Assembly: GCA_965153285.1 (NCBI GenBank)
Contig: OZ229113.1
Length of the DNA: 64,000 bases
Strand: one strand, 5' to 3'
DNA from: Podarcis tiliguerta
Taxonomy: Eukaryota
The position numbers were made by a program, and so were the translations under genes. The notes beneath the pieces were generated by a model. It did no database searches, was not told the DNA's origin, and saw only the letters and a program-made list of their open reading frames with translations. Positions 52,701 through 63,940 of this stretch are shown piece by piece (position 1 is the stretch's first letter; each line of letters begins with the position of its first letter).

Positions 52701-55700
52701 CTCAAAAGTCTAATTGCGCATTTAGTTGATAGACTAATAGCTCTATTGGAAACGTATGACTTATTAACTTATTGTGTAAATATATATATTTACATAAGAT
52801 AAGATTTGCCTTCTTTTGCTTTCCACAAAGCAAATGAAGAATTAAGTGAACAAAGCATATAACCACATCACCCTCCCAACCAAATAATTATTAATCTAGT
52901 TGAAATAATGAAGTAATAAAATAAACCCATGCACATACTGCAAAACCAGGCCTTCAAGTTTAAAACCCAGTTTTAAGGGGGTGCTGCCCTGGAATTTTAA
53001 AATTATCTATAGTATACAGTAGTGCTGTGCTGAGATTGATCCTCCAGTTTCTTGATAGTTTTCCTCCTCTGTTAAAAAGGCTCCTATTTTTTTCCGGCCT
53101 CATTATCAGGTCACTTTAGAATTTCTTTAGAATTCTGGTGGTTGTGGGGTTTTGAGCTTATCACTGAGAGGTGGTGAGGGAATGGTGCGTATTTTTCTTC
53201 CCATTATACATTTCTCCAGGCTCCCATGCTGCCTGAACCCCGACCTAAAAAATCCTCTTGTGGGAGGAATTGTCTCATAATGTCTTCCCCTGGGCTTTAA
53301 TTGAAGCGCAAGCACCGGGGGAGGCTGCCGAGTGCAGATCAGTGGTGAGATGATTTGAAGACTGAATGAAAAGCCAGTCACAAAAGCTCTCTGTCGCACT
53401 GAAAGAACAAAAACTCTGCACCCACCTATCAGAATTTCTCTGAAATTTCCTTTCCCCTTCGGTAATTTTTGAATGGAGCACAATTCTATGTGGTCTCTGT
53501 CACTGTGACTGGCACTGCTCCTGGAGGTAACATATAGCCATCATGAACCAATAGTCATTGATAGCATTTGATGGAGCAAGCAGCTGAACAAAATCAGGCA
53601 GTGGGATTGATTTTTTTTTGCTGCCTTTGAGATTTTATATGAGTGTGAGCCAAATTGTAGTATATCGAATACAATGCAGTCTTTTGCTTGGCTATTATGA
53701 AATGAAATTGTATAACTTTGTTACCTCTGCAGGACACTATAAAATGTACCTTCTGGTTTCTTTCTTGAGAAAAGGGGAAATACGATTCTGATAGCTGCCT
53801 TGCTAGGTTTTTAAAATAAGTTGCATGTGCCTTATGACAATGGGGTTGCCATGGAGACTTCTCACTCCAGAGTACTGCTATAATTAATGTAGAAGAATTT
53901 GGTTTGTGAGCAATAAAGGTTCCCTTTTTGGGGGCTGTCTTTTATGCAAAAAAAATAACCCAGCTTTTTTGCATTTTTCCTAGTATGTGCAATGGAGCAA
54001 GGTATGTAAATTTGAAAACAGACTTTGTCCTAAACAGCAGCATATCAAAGAGGATAATACAATCTTCATCCTTGCAAGTAACTGTAGATTTGTGCAGAAT
54101 ATATCCTTGCTAGTACAATAGTCGCTACTTGAGGTGAAATGAAATAAGAAGAGAAGGGGAAGGGGAATAACAAAAAACAACAACAATTTTCTCCCATAAG
54201 CTTCTTGGTTATTTTTAGATGCAGAGGAGTTCTATGGAGTTCAAAATCTTGCACATTCTTACTGACAGAAACAGGAAAGTCTGCTGTTGCTTATTTTATT
54301 TAACGCACATGTAATACCTCAGGGAATTATGGGGATAGGAATTCTGAAAAACCTCCCTGAGTGCAATGATTTTAGTCACACACACACACACTGCCCTCCT
54401 TAGATGACCATGTGTGTGCTTCAGTTGTTACAAAGCTCACAATTAACCCTTTTATTCTCTCTCACATGGAATTTGACACTTTATAACACAGAAGCACAAA
54501 ACCCGTTTGCCAACCCTGATTAGAAAGAAAGAAATAATCTGATCAGGTGCAGTTCCCCATCTTAAACTTACTTAAATCATAGCACCATCCTGACTACAGA
54601 AATCAAATGTGGTTCACATTTGCTGCCAGGATGCTCAACACATTTACTTGGAAACATGCATATTTCAGGGTAGAAAATATTTTAAAGTAATAAAATGAGC
54701 ATCTCTGACTCCACAACTGGTCCATGGTGTTGAATGTTCTGGGCAGATTTTAGCTCCACCTTGTACTACAAGGGCTTCGATTTGTATGTTCCTGGTTAAG
54801 GGTGGGCAAATTTGTCAATTTCAGTTTCTCTCACTAGTTTCTCATATGTCCAAACTGAAGTTCAGTTTGCTACGGAATTTACCGGGGCAGGGTGCATATC
54901 TTTAAAGTTGTTAAATGTTACAAATATTATGCCTGAACGTATTCTTTCGACTTGACAGCTGAGGGAAGATACCTAGCTTTATAAATCATATAAAATCAAC
55001 CCCCTTTCCCATTTCCTCCATTCCAATGCCATTTTGCCCTTGGAAAAAGGACTCTTTCCCCCTGCCACCTCCTGCCATAATCCCTCAAGCGTGAGGGCAT
55101 GTACACACACCCCACCCAGGGAAGTGCCCAGGGGTGACAATTGCTGAGCAGTTAGGTTCCAAAAGCCCATCACCGGACTTGCCCCAGGTTATGGATGTGC
55201 AAAGGGAGCTGAAATATACTCGGAGTCCTGCAGTGATTTCATGCTCTTTACTGCAGCTTGTAAAACAGCAATGCAATTGCCCCCCAAACCTCAGGCTTCT
55301 ATGTACATTACTTACACAACGAGTCCCGTCTGATTGGCTGATTCTGCTTTCATCCTGGGGCCTGATTTTTGTACACACTACTTGACTGGAGAACTTCCTT
55401 GCTTAATTTGGAGAAGTGTAAATGCCAAGACATGACAGTGTTTCATTTCATACATTGTTATTGAAAGTGCAAATTAGACAGGTTTGTCTTTAAATGCAAA
55501 CTGAATTGAATATCTCCCACATCTTCCTGATTTACCCTAGCTAAATAGCAATTAATATCTGGCCACCTCTGCACCACTAAAAACAGGAGACAATTCTGAC
55601 AATGGAACCCAAACGCAGCTTCCACAAAGGAGACCCTTTGAGTAATACTGAGCTAGAAATACTGAGCTAGAAAACGCAGGAAACAGAAGTACAATTGGCT

Positions 55701-56637
55701 CATTCTTATTTTCATAGCTTCTTATAACTAGTTGTGGATCTGGGGTGGATTAAATTTCTATTTTAGGCTTCATCTATGTGTATATTTTCCTGAGAGAATG
55801 AAGGAACTTTTTGTTCTTCCATTAAAGACCAGAACCACTGTAATAGTTATGCCCTCTCTACTTCTAAGCAGTGTGGGTTTAAAAGGGCAATACTACAGGT
55901 TTTAGTTGCCTTTGTATTAGACAGCAATGGAGACTTTCTGGCTGCATTCAGATGGAGGATTTCTTGCTTTATGTTTCATGGTTGTAATGCTAGTGCTTCT
56001 GCCCGATTGGGGTGTTTGGCAGCAATTCTGCACACCCAAAGCATAAACAGCTCATGTGCCCTTTTTACATTGTCACAGCCCCAATAATAAAACTCAGTCT
56101 GTGAAATTAAGAACCGTTTCCAGTGATTAAAATATTACTGGCTATAGGTTTTTTAAGACTTCCTCCTTTCAGATCTATAACCTTTTTTTTTTGGCCTAGT
56201 ATCAGGCCTGTACAGTGCAAATCTATGCATGTCTGCTCAGAAGAAAGATGAATAAAATGAGGATTTGTTTCCAGGTAAGAAGGTGTAGGATTGTAACTTT
56301 AATTCTCTTTTCAGAGATTCATGGTTTTTACAAGATAGGATGAATGGATTCATATGTATTGCCACCAACAATCATGTTTCTGTAGTGCCAAACAGCTTTG
56401 CCTTTTGAATGAATTGCAGATGTCAAAATATTTTGAAATCTATGAAACGTCTTTCTTGGATGCAGAAACACCTATTATTAATAGAATCACCAGGGGAAAA
56501 AACTTTTGAAAAAAAATATAATCAAAGAGACAGCCAGATTGCAAATAATTTGCATTCTATACATTTTCTGTTTTGTGCATTTTTTTGAAGTCTGGATACC
56601 ACTTCCTCACATTGTGGAAGGAATGGCCATTAGAATA

Positions 56638-56867
56638 CAGTCATACCTCGGGTTGTGAATGTGATCCGTGCTGGAGGCACATTCACAACCCGCAGCATTC
56701 GTAGCCTGAAGCGCCATGTCTGCACATGCGCATGATGCGATTCAGTGCTTCTGCGCATGCGTGAGCACCAAAACCCGAAAGTAACCCCTTTCAGTACTTC
56801 CAGGTTCGGTGCAGTCCACAACCCAAAAACGCGCAACCCACAGTGTTCGTAACCCGAGGTATGACTG
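56638..56867. mobile_element. Tigger-like MITE
   Basis: TA|CAGTCATACCTCGGGTT ... AACCCGAGGTATGACTG|TA, perfect 17-bp TIRs. Confidence 0.9.
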
Positions 56868-57406
56868 TACCATAAATAAAGATCCTATGACACCAACCCC
56901 TACTTCATATAGCTACTGAAGCTTTTTGTAGTACAGCAATAATGTGCACCCAAGCATTTTTTTAAAACTAGCATATAGATTTCTTGTGAGTCTTATTTTC
57001 TAAGTTAATTTCATTTTCAATAGACTCACAATGATTTTCTCATATAGTAATAACACAAAGTGTTTAATAAGAAATGTAGCACAATCTCTAGTTTGTTGTA
57101 CTCCTTTTGGAGCCGAATCACTGAGGTCTTCTGGAGTGTCTCTGCTTGTGGTCCCTCCTGACTCAGATGCATGGCTTACATCCACCAGGGACCAATTTTA
57201 TGCAAGTTCCTTCCAGCTGAGATCAGATGAGCCCCTTTCTTGTTAAACTTGAAGCACCAGTTGAATACTTTTTAATTGTATTCTAGTAGGGATTTTGAGT
57301 CATTTGTGATTTTATAGTTTTTAAGTGACTTTTACCTTTCATATGAAGCTACTTGTATGTCTTATAGAGAAGATGTTTGAGAAGCAGTATATAGGTTATC
57401 AAAATA

Positions 57407-57530
57407 CCGTATTTTTCGCCCTATAGGACACACTTCCCCCCCTCCAAAAACGAAGGGGAAATGTGTGTGCGTCCTATGGGGCGAATGCAGGCTTTCGCTG
57501 AAGCCTGGAGAGCGAGGGGGGGTCGGTGCG
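57407..57530. mobile_element. One end of a Tc1/mariner-superfamily non-autonomous element
   Basis: TA|CCGTATTTTTCGCCCTATAGGAC terminus with internal inverted copy GTCCTATGGGGCGAA; other end absent. Confidence 0.6.
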
Positions 57531-57729
57531 CAGCTGGAAGTCAAATTATGCAAATAAAATTAGTTTTTGTTTTCTTTGATGTTCCTTGCATGGTGTGATG
57601 GCACAACGGCACTCCCCCCCCCCCCCGGCACCGTTGGCCCGCCCTCACTTTAATAGTGCACCTACCTTGCAGAACACCAATCCCACAAATTCCCACAGAC
57701 TACCTTAGATTATCTTGTGGGGGACTTGT

Positions 57730-58470
57730 GTTAGGTAAAACTTAATAATTTGGAGTCTCAGGAAGGATTTGATCAAAATAACAATAAATATTCTATTTAA
57801 CAAAGGAAGTTTATGACACAAGTGGGTAAAACATAGGATACTTCAGATTATAATGTTATTTCACGTCAGTGCATTCTCAGTTGTTGCACAGCAGTTACCA
57901 CTTAATACTTTGGTTCTTAAACAAGGTGGTATTTTCTGTTGGTTACACACCCCTTAGACAACCCTACTCCTGAGGTACTCCAAGTAACATACCCAATGGA
58001 TCACTGGTTTGGGAGTCTTCTCTTTCTAGAAGAATCTCTCCCCTCCTGACTGGAATGAGACCTAAGTAGGCTGTCTCTTTACAGCTTCTACTTCTCCTGC
58101 CTCAGCCTCTCAGTTAATTCCTGGCCTATTACTCTTACAGGACATCACACACTGTCCTTCACACTAAGCTTAGAGACTCCTTCTCTAGCTTGTGATATTT
58201 TCCTCAGAGTGGATGTTTCTACCCAGAACCAACTCTCTCTCCTCTCACTCCCTATCTCCCTATCTATCTCCCATCCTCAATCCCAACCTACTCCAAAAAC
58301 TATCCCCTCAACTAACTAACTGTCTCTCCAAATCCTCTCCTTTTCAACTCCCCCTCCTGGAACCTTGGCCAATCAGAGGCTGCCGTACATTGACCATTTG
58401 CTTGCAGGTAAAAAGAAAAAGAAAACACTTGGGGACCTAGCCTGCCCAGCAAAAACAAACTTTTCCATCA
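57730..58470 (-). mobile_element. Possible old solo LTR
   Basis: TG..CA termini, minus-strand GATTGG (CCAAT box) and AGTTAGTTAGTT tract; no clear TSD. Confidence 0.45.
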
Positions 58471-59122
58471 TGCATGGCATAATAGTTGCAGCTTTTATTG
58501 TATTGCTTTGGCCTTCTGATACATTGAGAGCTCATTAACTTCATCTGTCAAAGTACCTGGAATAATGATGAGGTTCGTAGATCGGGGTGAATTGTGGAGA
58601 ACAGGTTAGCAGTGATGTGTGTGATAAGAAGATGAGTGTGGATAAGTGGAAGTAGTATATAAGGAATTGAACATTATGGATCTCATAGCTAAGAAGATTG
58701 CTGAACTGCCTTTGAGTCTAATATCATTGGCAAAAATAGAAATTGTGGGAAGATAGAAAACAACAGATGTCCCCACCAAAAATAGACATTCTATGGAAAG
58801 CATGGTCTGTGTCAGACTGAACAAAAAATGACAAATGATTTGGGTCAAAAATGGGAGGACGATGAATAATAATTCTGAAAGGAGTGGTAGGCACTCATCT
58901 ATTTCTAGAATTAATTTAAGGGTCAGTAGGAAATATATTTTACTGTGCAATCCTACACATTGCTACTCAGAAGTAAACCCAACTGAGTTCAATATAACTA
59001 TGTAAGTATGTATAGAATTGCAATCTCGATGTCTTTTGCATTGCCAGTTAGATGCATTTATTTGGTTTCTTCATTGTATTCTTTGTTTTCATCATTTTAA
59101 TGTTGAGTATTGTCTCTGTAAT

Positions 59123-59882
59123 TGTCAGGGCTGGCTCCGGGTCCCAGCTCACCAAGGACCAACGCTAGCCGGTAGTAAAGTATCAAAGTCTTTACTGAAG
59201 AATAGATTCCATTTCAAAGCCTCAGCGTCCCAGCCCTACATCTGGACTCTAGACCGGCGAAGCTCCGTCTGAGTCTCCGCCCCCTGCGCACCAGTTTAAG
59301 ACTCTAATCTTACTCCACCTCTTCCTTCTCTCTCTCTTCCTCTGGGTCCTACTACCCCCCGGGGTCTCCTCCCTCCGAGACTCTTCTGAGGCAGACGTTG
59401 ACCCCTCTGACTCCTCCCCCTCTCTTCGGCGGGCTTTAGGACCTGGCTCCCTACCCGGGCTGCCCACCTTGCCGCCCTCCTGTACATTTGAACTTGGCGC
59501 GCGCGCGCGTTTAACTTTCCTGATGACCGTTTCCTCGCTCCCTGACGAGGGTGTGGTCCCTCCTGCCTCACGTTCTCCCGCTGCCCGCGCGCCCCCTGAT
59601 CCCGATGCCTGGGACTCCTCCCCCCTACTGCGCTCTGGGGGGGACGCTGGTCCGGATTTCCAGCTGCTACTCTCTGAGTCCCCTCTGGCCCCTTCTTCCC
59701 GAGGTGCCCCCCTGGGCACTCCCCTTGCCCGGACTATGGGGGCCCCTTTCTGTGAATCTTCCGAGTCACTGGAGAGACTCAGAGACCTCGGACTGCTGTC
59801 TTCGCTGACATTTCCTTCGGACTCCTCCCCCTCGCTCTCCACTTCCTCCCTCTCCTGTGACTCTGCTCCTGAACCCCTGACA
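59123..59882 (-). repeat. 3' LTR (760 bp) of the Gypsy element
   Basis: 8-bp terminal inverted repeats TGTCAGGG/CCCTGACA; directly follows PPT; TTAAA box near 59295 and AGTAAA poly(A)-like signal at 59191-59196 on minus strand. Confidence 0.9.
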
Positions 59883-62800
59883 TCCATCCCCCCCTCGAAG
59901 CCCCCCGTTCCCCCCTCCCCCTCCTCCGGCGGGGGTGCTGGGTGCTCCGTCGTTGTGGGGGTGAATGGCGGATACAGTTCGTCCCCCGTGGCGTGCATCC
60001 ATCCGGATAAGTCCGGCTCGTCCCCCTTGTCTTCGCCGACCTCGATCTCCTCTGCTTCCATCTCCGTGCCGCCATGCTCGAACCCAACGTCCTCCCCCAG
60101 CCTGTCCATGTCCATCTCACCCTCGGTCTCCTCTGGGTCCGTTGCCTGCCAAGGACCCCTCAGCCACCTCCTGCTCCACCGCTCCTCTCCTCGATCGTCC
60201 CACCAAAACGAGCGGTCTGAGGCAAACCCCGAGGGCAAGCCCTCCGGGGAACGTGTTTCCGTTGCTGGTTCCTCGTCCGAGGTGAACCCCTGGAAGGTGC
60301 TGGTTGAAAGCGTGGGTGTGAAAAGCCAGTCGTCGAAATACTCGGCTGGCATGGGCCTGTGTGGGAACAAGGCATGAAACTCCTCCTTGAGAAGAGGCTC
60401 GTTCAGGGCATAGTCCGGCACCCAACGGTTGGCGCTGGCCGGGGTACCTTCACTGGCGAGAAAGTATTCTACTCCCTCTTCCCCCCATCTCGAGTCTAAA
60501 ATCTCCGTGACCTGGTTGATGAGTTCCCTTCCTGGCGACTCCCTCCTTGGGGGGGTCTCCCCATATGGGTCTGGTGCCGTGTCCTGCGCCTGAAATCGGT
60601 GAGGTGCTTTGTAGGGCGTGAGCACCGACCTATGGAATACTGGGTGCATTCTGGATCCCTCCGGAAGTGTCAACCGGAAGGCCACCGGATTGATCTGTGC
60701 CTCAACTTGGTAAGGTCCTAGCTGCTTATGTCCGAGTTTCTTCTTAGCTAGTGACCTGGTCGGCACTGCGTGGGCCGCTAACCACACCCAGTCTCCCACC
60801 TGTATGTCCTCCCCAACCCTTCTGTGCTTGTCAGCCTGCAGTTTGTATGCGTGCTTTGCAAGCTCTAACTGCCTCCTAAGCTGTTCGTGAACCTCCTGCA
60901 ATTCTACCGCCAAAACTTCCGCTGCCTGTGGCTCCCCCTCCCCCAGTCTCTCTAATCCTGGGAAGGTTCTGGGATGCCTCCCGTTGTTGGCGAAGAACGG
61001 TGTCACCCCCGTTGACACGTGCTTCGTGTTGTTGTAGGCGAACTCAGCGAGCGGCAGGTAGTCCACCCAGGTTGTCGGCTGCTGATTTGCATAGCATCTC
61101 AGGTACTGCTGCATGATGGCGTTGACGCGCTCCGCTTGGCCGTTGGTCTGCGGGTGTCTCGCCGACGCTAGGTTGATCTTGATGTTCAGGAAACCCATCA
61201 GCTTCTGCCAGAAGTTCGAAATGAACTGGCGCCCCCTGTCGGACAAGATAGACCGTGGCAGACCGTGCACCCTGAAGACGTGGTCTATGAACAGTTTGGC
61301 GGTCTGTTCTGCCGTGGCCACCTTCGCGCATGGAATGAAGTGGGCCATTTTAGTGAACATGTCCACCACCACTAGCACTGCCGTTTTACCCCTTGAGCTG
61401 GGTAAATCCGTGACAAAGTCCAGGGCCACCCTCTCCCACGGTTCGCTCGGGGTCTGCAGCGGTTCGAGCAGTCCCGCCGGAGGTTTGTGCACTGACTTGG
61501 CCCTTTGGCAGGTGTCGCACCTCGAGACGTACTCCGCGACTTCCCCCCGCATCTTGGGCCACCAAAAATCTCTGGCAACTAGTTCTGCCGTCTTCTCCTT
61601 GCCAAAGTGCCCGGCGGTGGGTGCGTCGTGCAACTGCTGCAGTACTTTCGCACGGAGGTCGTCTCCCGGTACATAGAGTGCTCCTCTGCGGATGAGCAAT
61701 CCGTCCCGTACTTGGAACTCGTCGTCCTTCACCGTGCCCTTGTGCACCTCCTCCATCTTGGCTCGTGCGAAGGGGTCCTCCTGCAGTGCTCGACGGACCG
61801 CCTCCAGGTCCACGGTTGCTGAAGCGCACGCCCACGCTTTCGGAGCGAAAATGTGCTTGGCCGCTGCTGGTGCCGCCTCTTCGAGGTATTGCGGCTTTCT
61901 GGACAGTGCATCCGCCATGATGTTGTTGTCGCCTGGGATGTATTCTATCCTGAAGTCGAAATCCGCAAAGAATTCCGCCCATCTGATGTGCCGCTGGTTC
62001 AGGAACCTTGCCGTGCGCCAGTACTCCAGGTTCTTATGATCCGTGCGCACCTGCACTGTGTGTTTGGCCCCGACGAGGAAGTGCCGCCACGCCTTGAATG
62101 CTGCATGAATGGCCAGCAACTCCCTGTCCCAGATGGTGTAGTTCTGCTCCGACTTGCTGAGCTTCCTAGAGTAGAAGGCACACGGTCTCCAGTCCCCATG
62201 CGGGTCCTTCTGCAACAGTACGGCGCCCACGGCTCTGTCTGAGGCGTCTGTTTCAACCCTCATCGGTTTGCTGGGATTCACATGCAGTAGCTGCCCTTCG
62301 GACGAGAAGAGACGCTTAAGGTTCTGGAAGGACTGCTCCGCTTGCTCCGTCCAGATGAACTTCTTCTTCTTGGAGCTGAGCGTGTCGGTAATGGCCGCCG
62401 TCTGCATCGCGAACCCCTTGATGAACTTGCGGTAAAAGTTGGCGAATCCCACAAACCGCTGGACCTCCTTCCGATTGCGCGGGCTCTTCCAGTCCAACAC
62501 TGCGCGAACCTTGGCGCTGTCCATGGCAAGCCCCTTGTCCGACAGCTTGTAGCCCAGGAAATCCACCTCCTTCCTGTCGAACTGGCACTTCTCCAGCTTG
62601 GCATACAGCCGATGCTCCCGCAGTCTCTGCAGAACTTCCTTGACGTCACCTTCGTGGGTCTCCTCAGATTCTGAGAATATCAGGATGTCGTCCAAGAAGC
62701 AGACGCATTTCTTGTAGAGGAGACCCGCCAGGACGTGATGCATGAAGGCTTGAAAACAGTGAGCGCCATTTTGTAAACCGAAGGGCATAACTCTGTATTC

Positions 62801-63940
62801 ATATGTGCCCAGGGGCGTGAACATGGCAGTCTTCCACTCGTCTCCTTCCCGTATGCGAATCAGGTTGTACGCCCCTCGCAGATCCAATTTTGTAAAAACG
62901 CGTCCTTTCCTCACCGTTGCAAGCAGGTCATCTATTTTGGGCATGGGAAAGGCCGTGGGCTTGGTCTTGGCATTTAAGAGCCTGAAATCAACTACAAGCC
63001 TCTTTTGGGGCGTGTCCTTTTTCTTCACAAAGAATACAGGACTGCCCCCCGCTGCCTTCGACTCCCGGATGAAACCGCGCTTCAAGTTGAGGTCTATGAA
63101 CTCCTTGAGCTCCTGTAGCTCGTCCTCAGACATGGAATACAGTTTCCCGGCTGGCAGCGTCGCTCCTGGCAGGAGGTCAATCTTGCAGTCATAGGGCCTG
63201 TGGGGAGGCAGCTTGTCCGCTTCCTTCTCGCAGAAAACCTCCAAAAACGCTGCGTACTTGCGCGGCACTGCTTGCAGCGTGCCTAATTGTAGCTGCGGGT
63301 CGTCCCCTCCTTCTTCCGGGCTAGGAAGGATGCAATGTTCCGCGCAATAGGAGGAGCCGAAGGTCAGTTGGCGCTGGTACCACGCCAATGCTGGGCTGTG
63401 CCTGTGCAGCCAACTCATGCCTAAGACTACAGGCGTGTCCGACAGGTGGGTGACATTGAAGCTGATGACTTCTTGGTGATTTCCAATCCGCATCACCATT
63501 GGTTGCGTTTGTTGCACCACCTGCACCCCTAACAAGTCTCTGCCATCCACCGTGACAACGTTCAGGGGCAGCGTGGCTGGTAGCAGTGGTATATTGTGCT
63601 GCTGAATGAATTCCAGTCCTATAAAGTCAGCGTTACTGCCGGAGTCAATGGTGATCGGCACCTCCAGAGTGCGTCCATTGGGCAGTTGGAGAGACGCTGT
63701 AAGCTGCACCACTGGTTTGGGTGGGAGGGGGTCTGTGGGTTGCAAAAGTGCTGGGGATTGCTTCATTGACTTGTCTGGCTGGACCCCAGTGCCTCTTCCT
63801 CCAGCCAGACTCCATCGTTTAACTGTTGCTGTGTTTTCAATTGAGCTGCGTCTGTGACTGTTGCCGAGGCTGCAGTGTGCTTGTGGAGCCTCTGGGGACA
63901 CTCTTTCGCCATGTGTTGAGCACTGTCGCAGATGTAGCAC
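59249..63940 (-). CDS. pol: Gypsy Pol polyprotein (aspartic protease, RT, RNase H, integrase, chromodomain-like domain, long disordered tail); probably translated as Gag-Pol via -1 frameshift near 63817-63823 rather than from the ORF-track start
   Basis: Motifs IDSGS (PR); KLDLRGAYNLIRI, MPFGL, FLDDILIFS (RT); ETDASD, DRELLAI, TDHKNL (RH); HDAPTAGH..CDTC, LDF, SDRG, ERVN, GPY (IN); VTEILDSRW..EYFL..RWVP (chromo-like). Confidence 0.95.
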   Translation of the reverse strand: MLHLRQCSTHGERVSPEAPQAHCSLGNSHRRSSIENTATVKRWSLAGGRGTGVQPDKSMKQSPALLQPTDPLPPKPVVQLTASLQLPNGRTLEVPITIDSGSNADFIGLEFIQQHNIPLLPATLPLNVVTVDGRDLLGVQVVQQTQPMVMRIGNHQEVISFNVTHLSDTPVVLGMSWLHRHSPALAWYQRQLTFGSSYCAEHCILPSPEEGGDDPQLQLGTLQAVPRKYAAFLEVFCEKEADKLPPHRPYDCKIDLLPGATLPAGKLYSMSEDELQELKEFIDLNLKRGFIRESKAAGGSPVFFVKKKDTPQKRLVVDFRLLNAKTKPTAFPMPKIDDLLATVRKGRVFTKLDLRGAYNLIRIREGDEWKTAMFTPLGTYEYRVMPFGLQNGAHCFQAFMHHVLAGLLYKKCVCFLDDILIFSESEETHEGDVKEVLQRLREHRLYAKLEKCQFDRKEVDFLGYKLSDKGLAMDSAKVRAVLDWKSPRNRKEVQRFVGFANFYRKFIKGFAMQTAAITDTLSSKKKKFIWTEQAEQSFQNLKRLFSSEGQLLHVNPSKPMRVETDASDRAVGAVLLQKDPHGDWRPCAFYSRKLSKSEQNYTIWDRELLAIHAAFKAWRHFLVGAKHTVQVRTDHKNLEYWRTARFLNQRHIRWAEFFADFDFRIEYIPGDNNIMADALSRKPQYLEEAAPAAAKHIFAPKAWACASATVDLEAVRRALQEDPFARAKMEEVHKGTVKDDEFQVRDGLLIRRGALYVPGDDLRAKVLQQLHDAPTAGHFGKEKTAELVARDFWWPKMRGEVAEYVSRCDTCQRAKSVHKPPAGLLEPLQTPSEPWERVALDFVTDLPSSRGKTAVLVVVDMFTKMAHFIPCAKVATAEQTAKLFIDHVFRVHGLPRSILSDRGRQFISNFWQKLMGFLNIKINLASARHPQTNGQAERVNAIMQQYLRCYANQQPTTWVDYLPLAEFAYNNTKHVSTGVTPFFANNGRHPRTFPGLERLGEGEPQAAEVLAVELQEVHEQLRRQLELAKHAYKLQADKHRRVGEDIQVGDWVWLAAHAVPTRSLAKKKLGHKQLGPYQVEAQINPVAFRLTLPEGSRMHPVFHRSVLTPYKAPHRFQAQDTAPDPYGETPPRRESPGRELINQVTEILDSRWGEEGVEYFLASEGTPASANRWVPDYALNEPLLKEEFHALFPHRPMPAEYFDDWLFTPTLSTSTFQGFTSDEEPATETRSPEGLPSGFASDRSFWWDDRGEERWSRRWLRGPWQATDPEETEGEMDMDRLGEDVGFEHGGTEMEAEEIEVGEDKGDEPDLSGWMHATGDELYPPFTPTTTEHPAPPPEEGEGGTGGFEGGMDVRGSGAESQEREEVESEGEESEGNVSEDSSPRSLSLSSDSEDSQKGAPIVRARGVPRGAPREEGARGDSESSSWKSGPASPPERSRGEESQASGSGGARAAGEREAGGTTPSSGSEETVIRKVKRARAPSSNVQEGGKVGSPGREPGPKARRREGEESEGSTSASEESRREETPGGSRTQRKRERRKRWSKIRVLNWCAGGGDSDGASPV
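59883..59896 (-). other. Polypurine tract of the Gypsy element
   Basis: GAGGGGGGGATGGA abutting the TG start of the 3' LTR. Confidence 0.85.
63751..63823 (-). promoter_or_regulatory. -1 programmed ribosomal frameshift signal (slippery heptamer plus predicted H-type pseudoknot)
   Basis: G_UUA_AAC (63823-63817), 6-nt spacer, 11-bp perfect stem GUCUGGCUGGA/UCCAGCCAGAC, loop CUGGGG complementary to downstream CCCCAG (63756-63751). Confidence 0.85.

Noticed and set aside
55643-55672. 14-bp tandem duplication AATACTGAGCTAGA x2
   Set aside because: Simple local slippage duplication; no array or spacer structure
59469-60377. 302-aa antisense ORF across the Gypsy LTR and integrase tail
   Set aside because: Non-ATG start, Ser/Pro low-complexity product and GC-rich sequence opposite a Glu/Gly-rich frame; most likely a shadow ORF
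61113-63857. Several plus-strand and alternative-frame ORFs overlapping pol
   Set aside because: Shadow ORFs of a GC-rich coding sequence with no recognisable motifs
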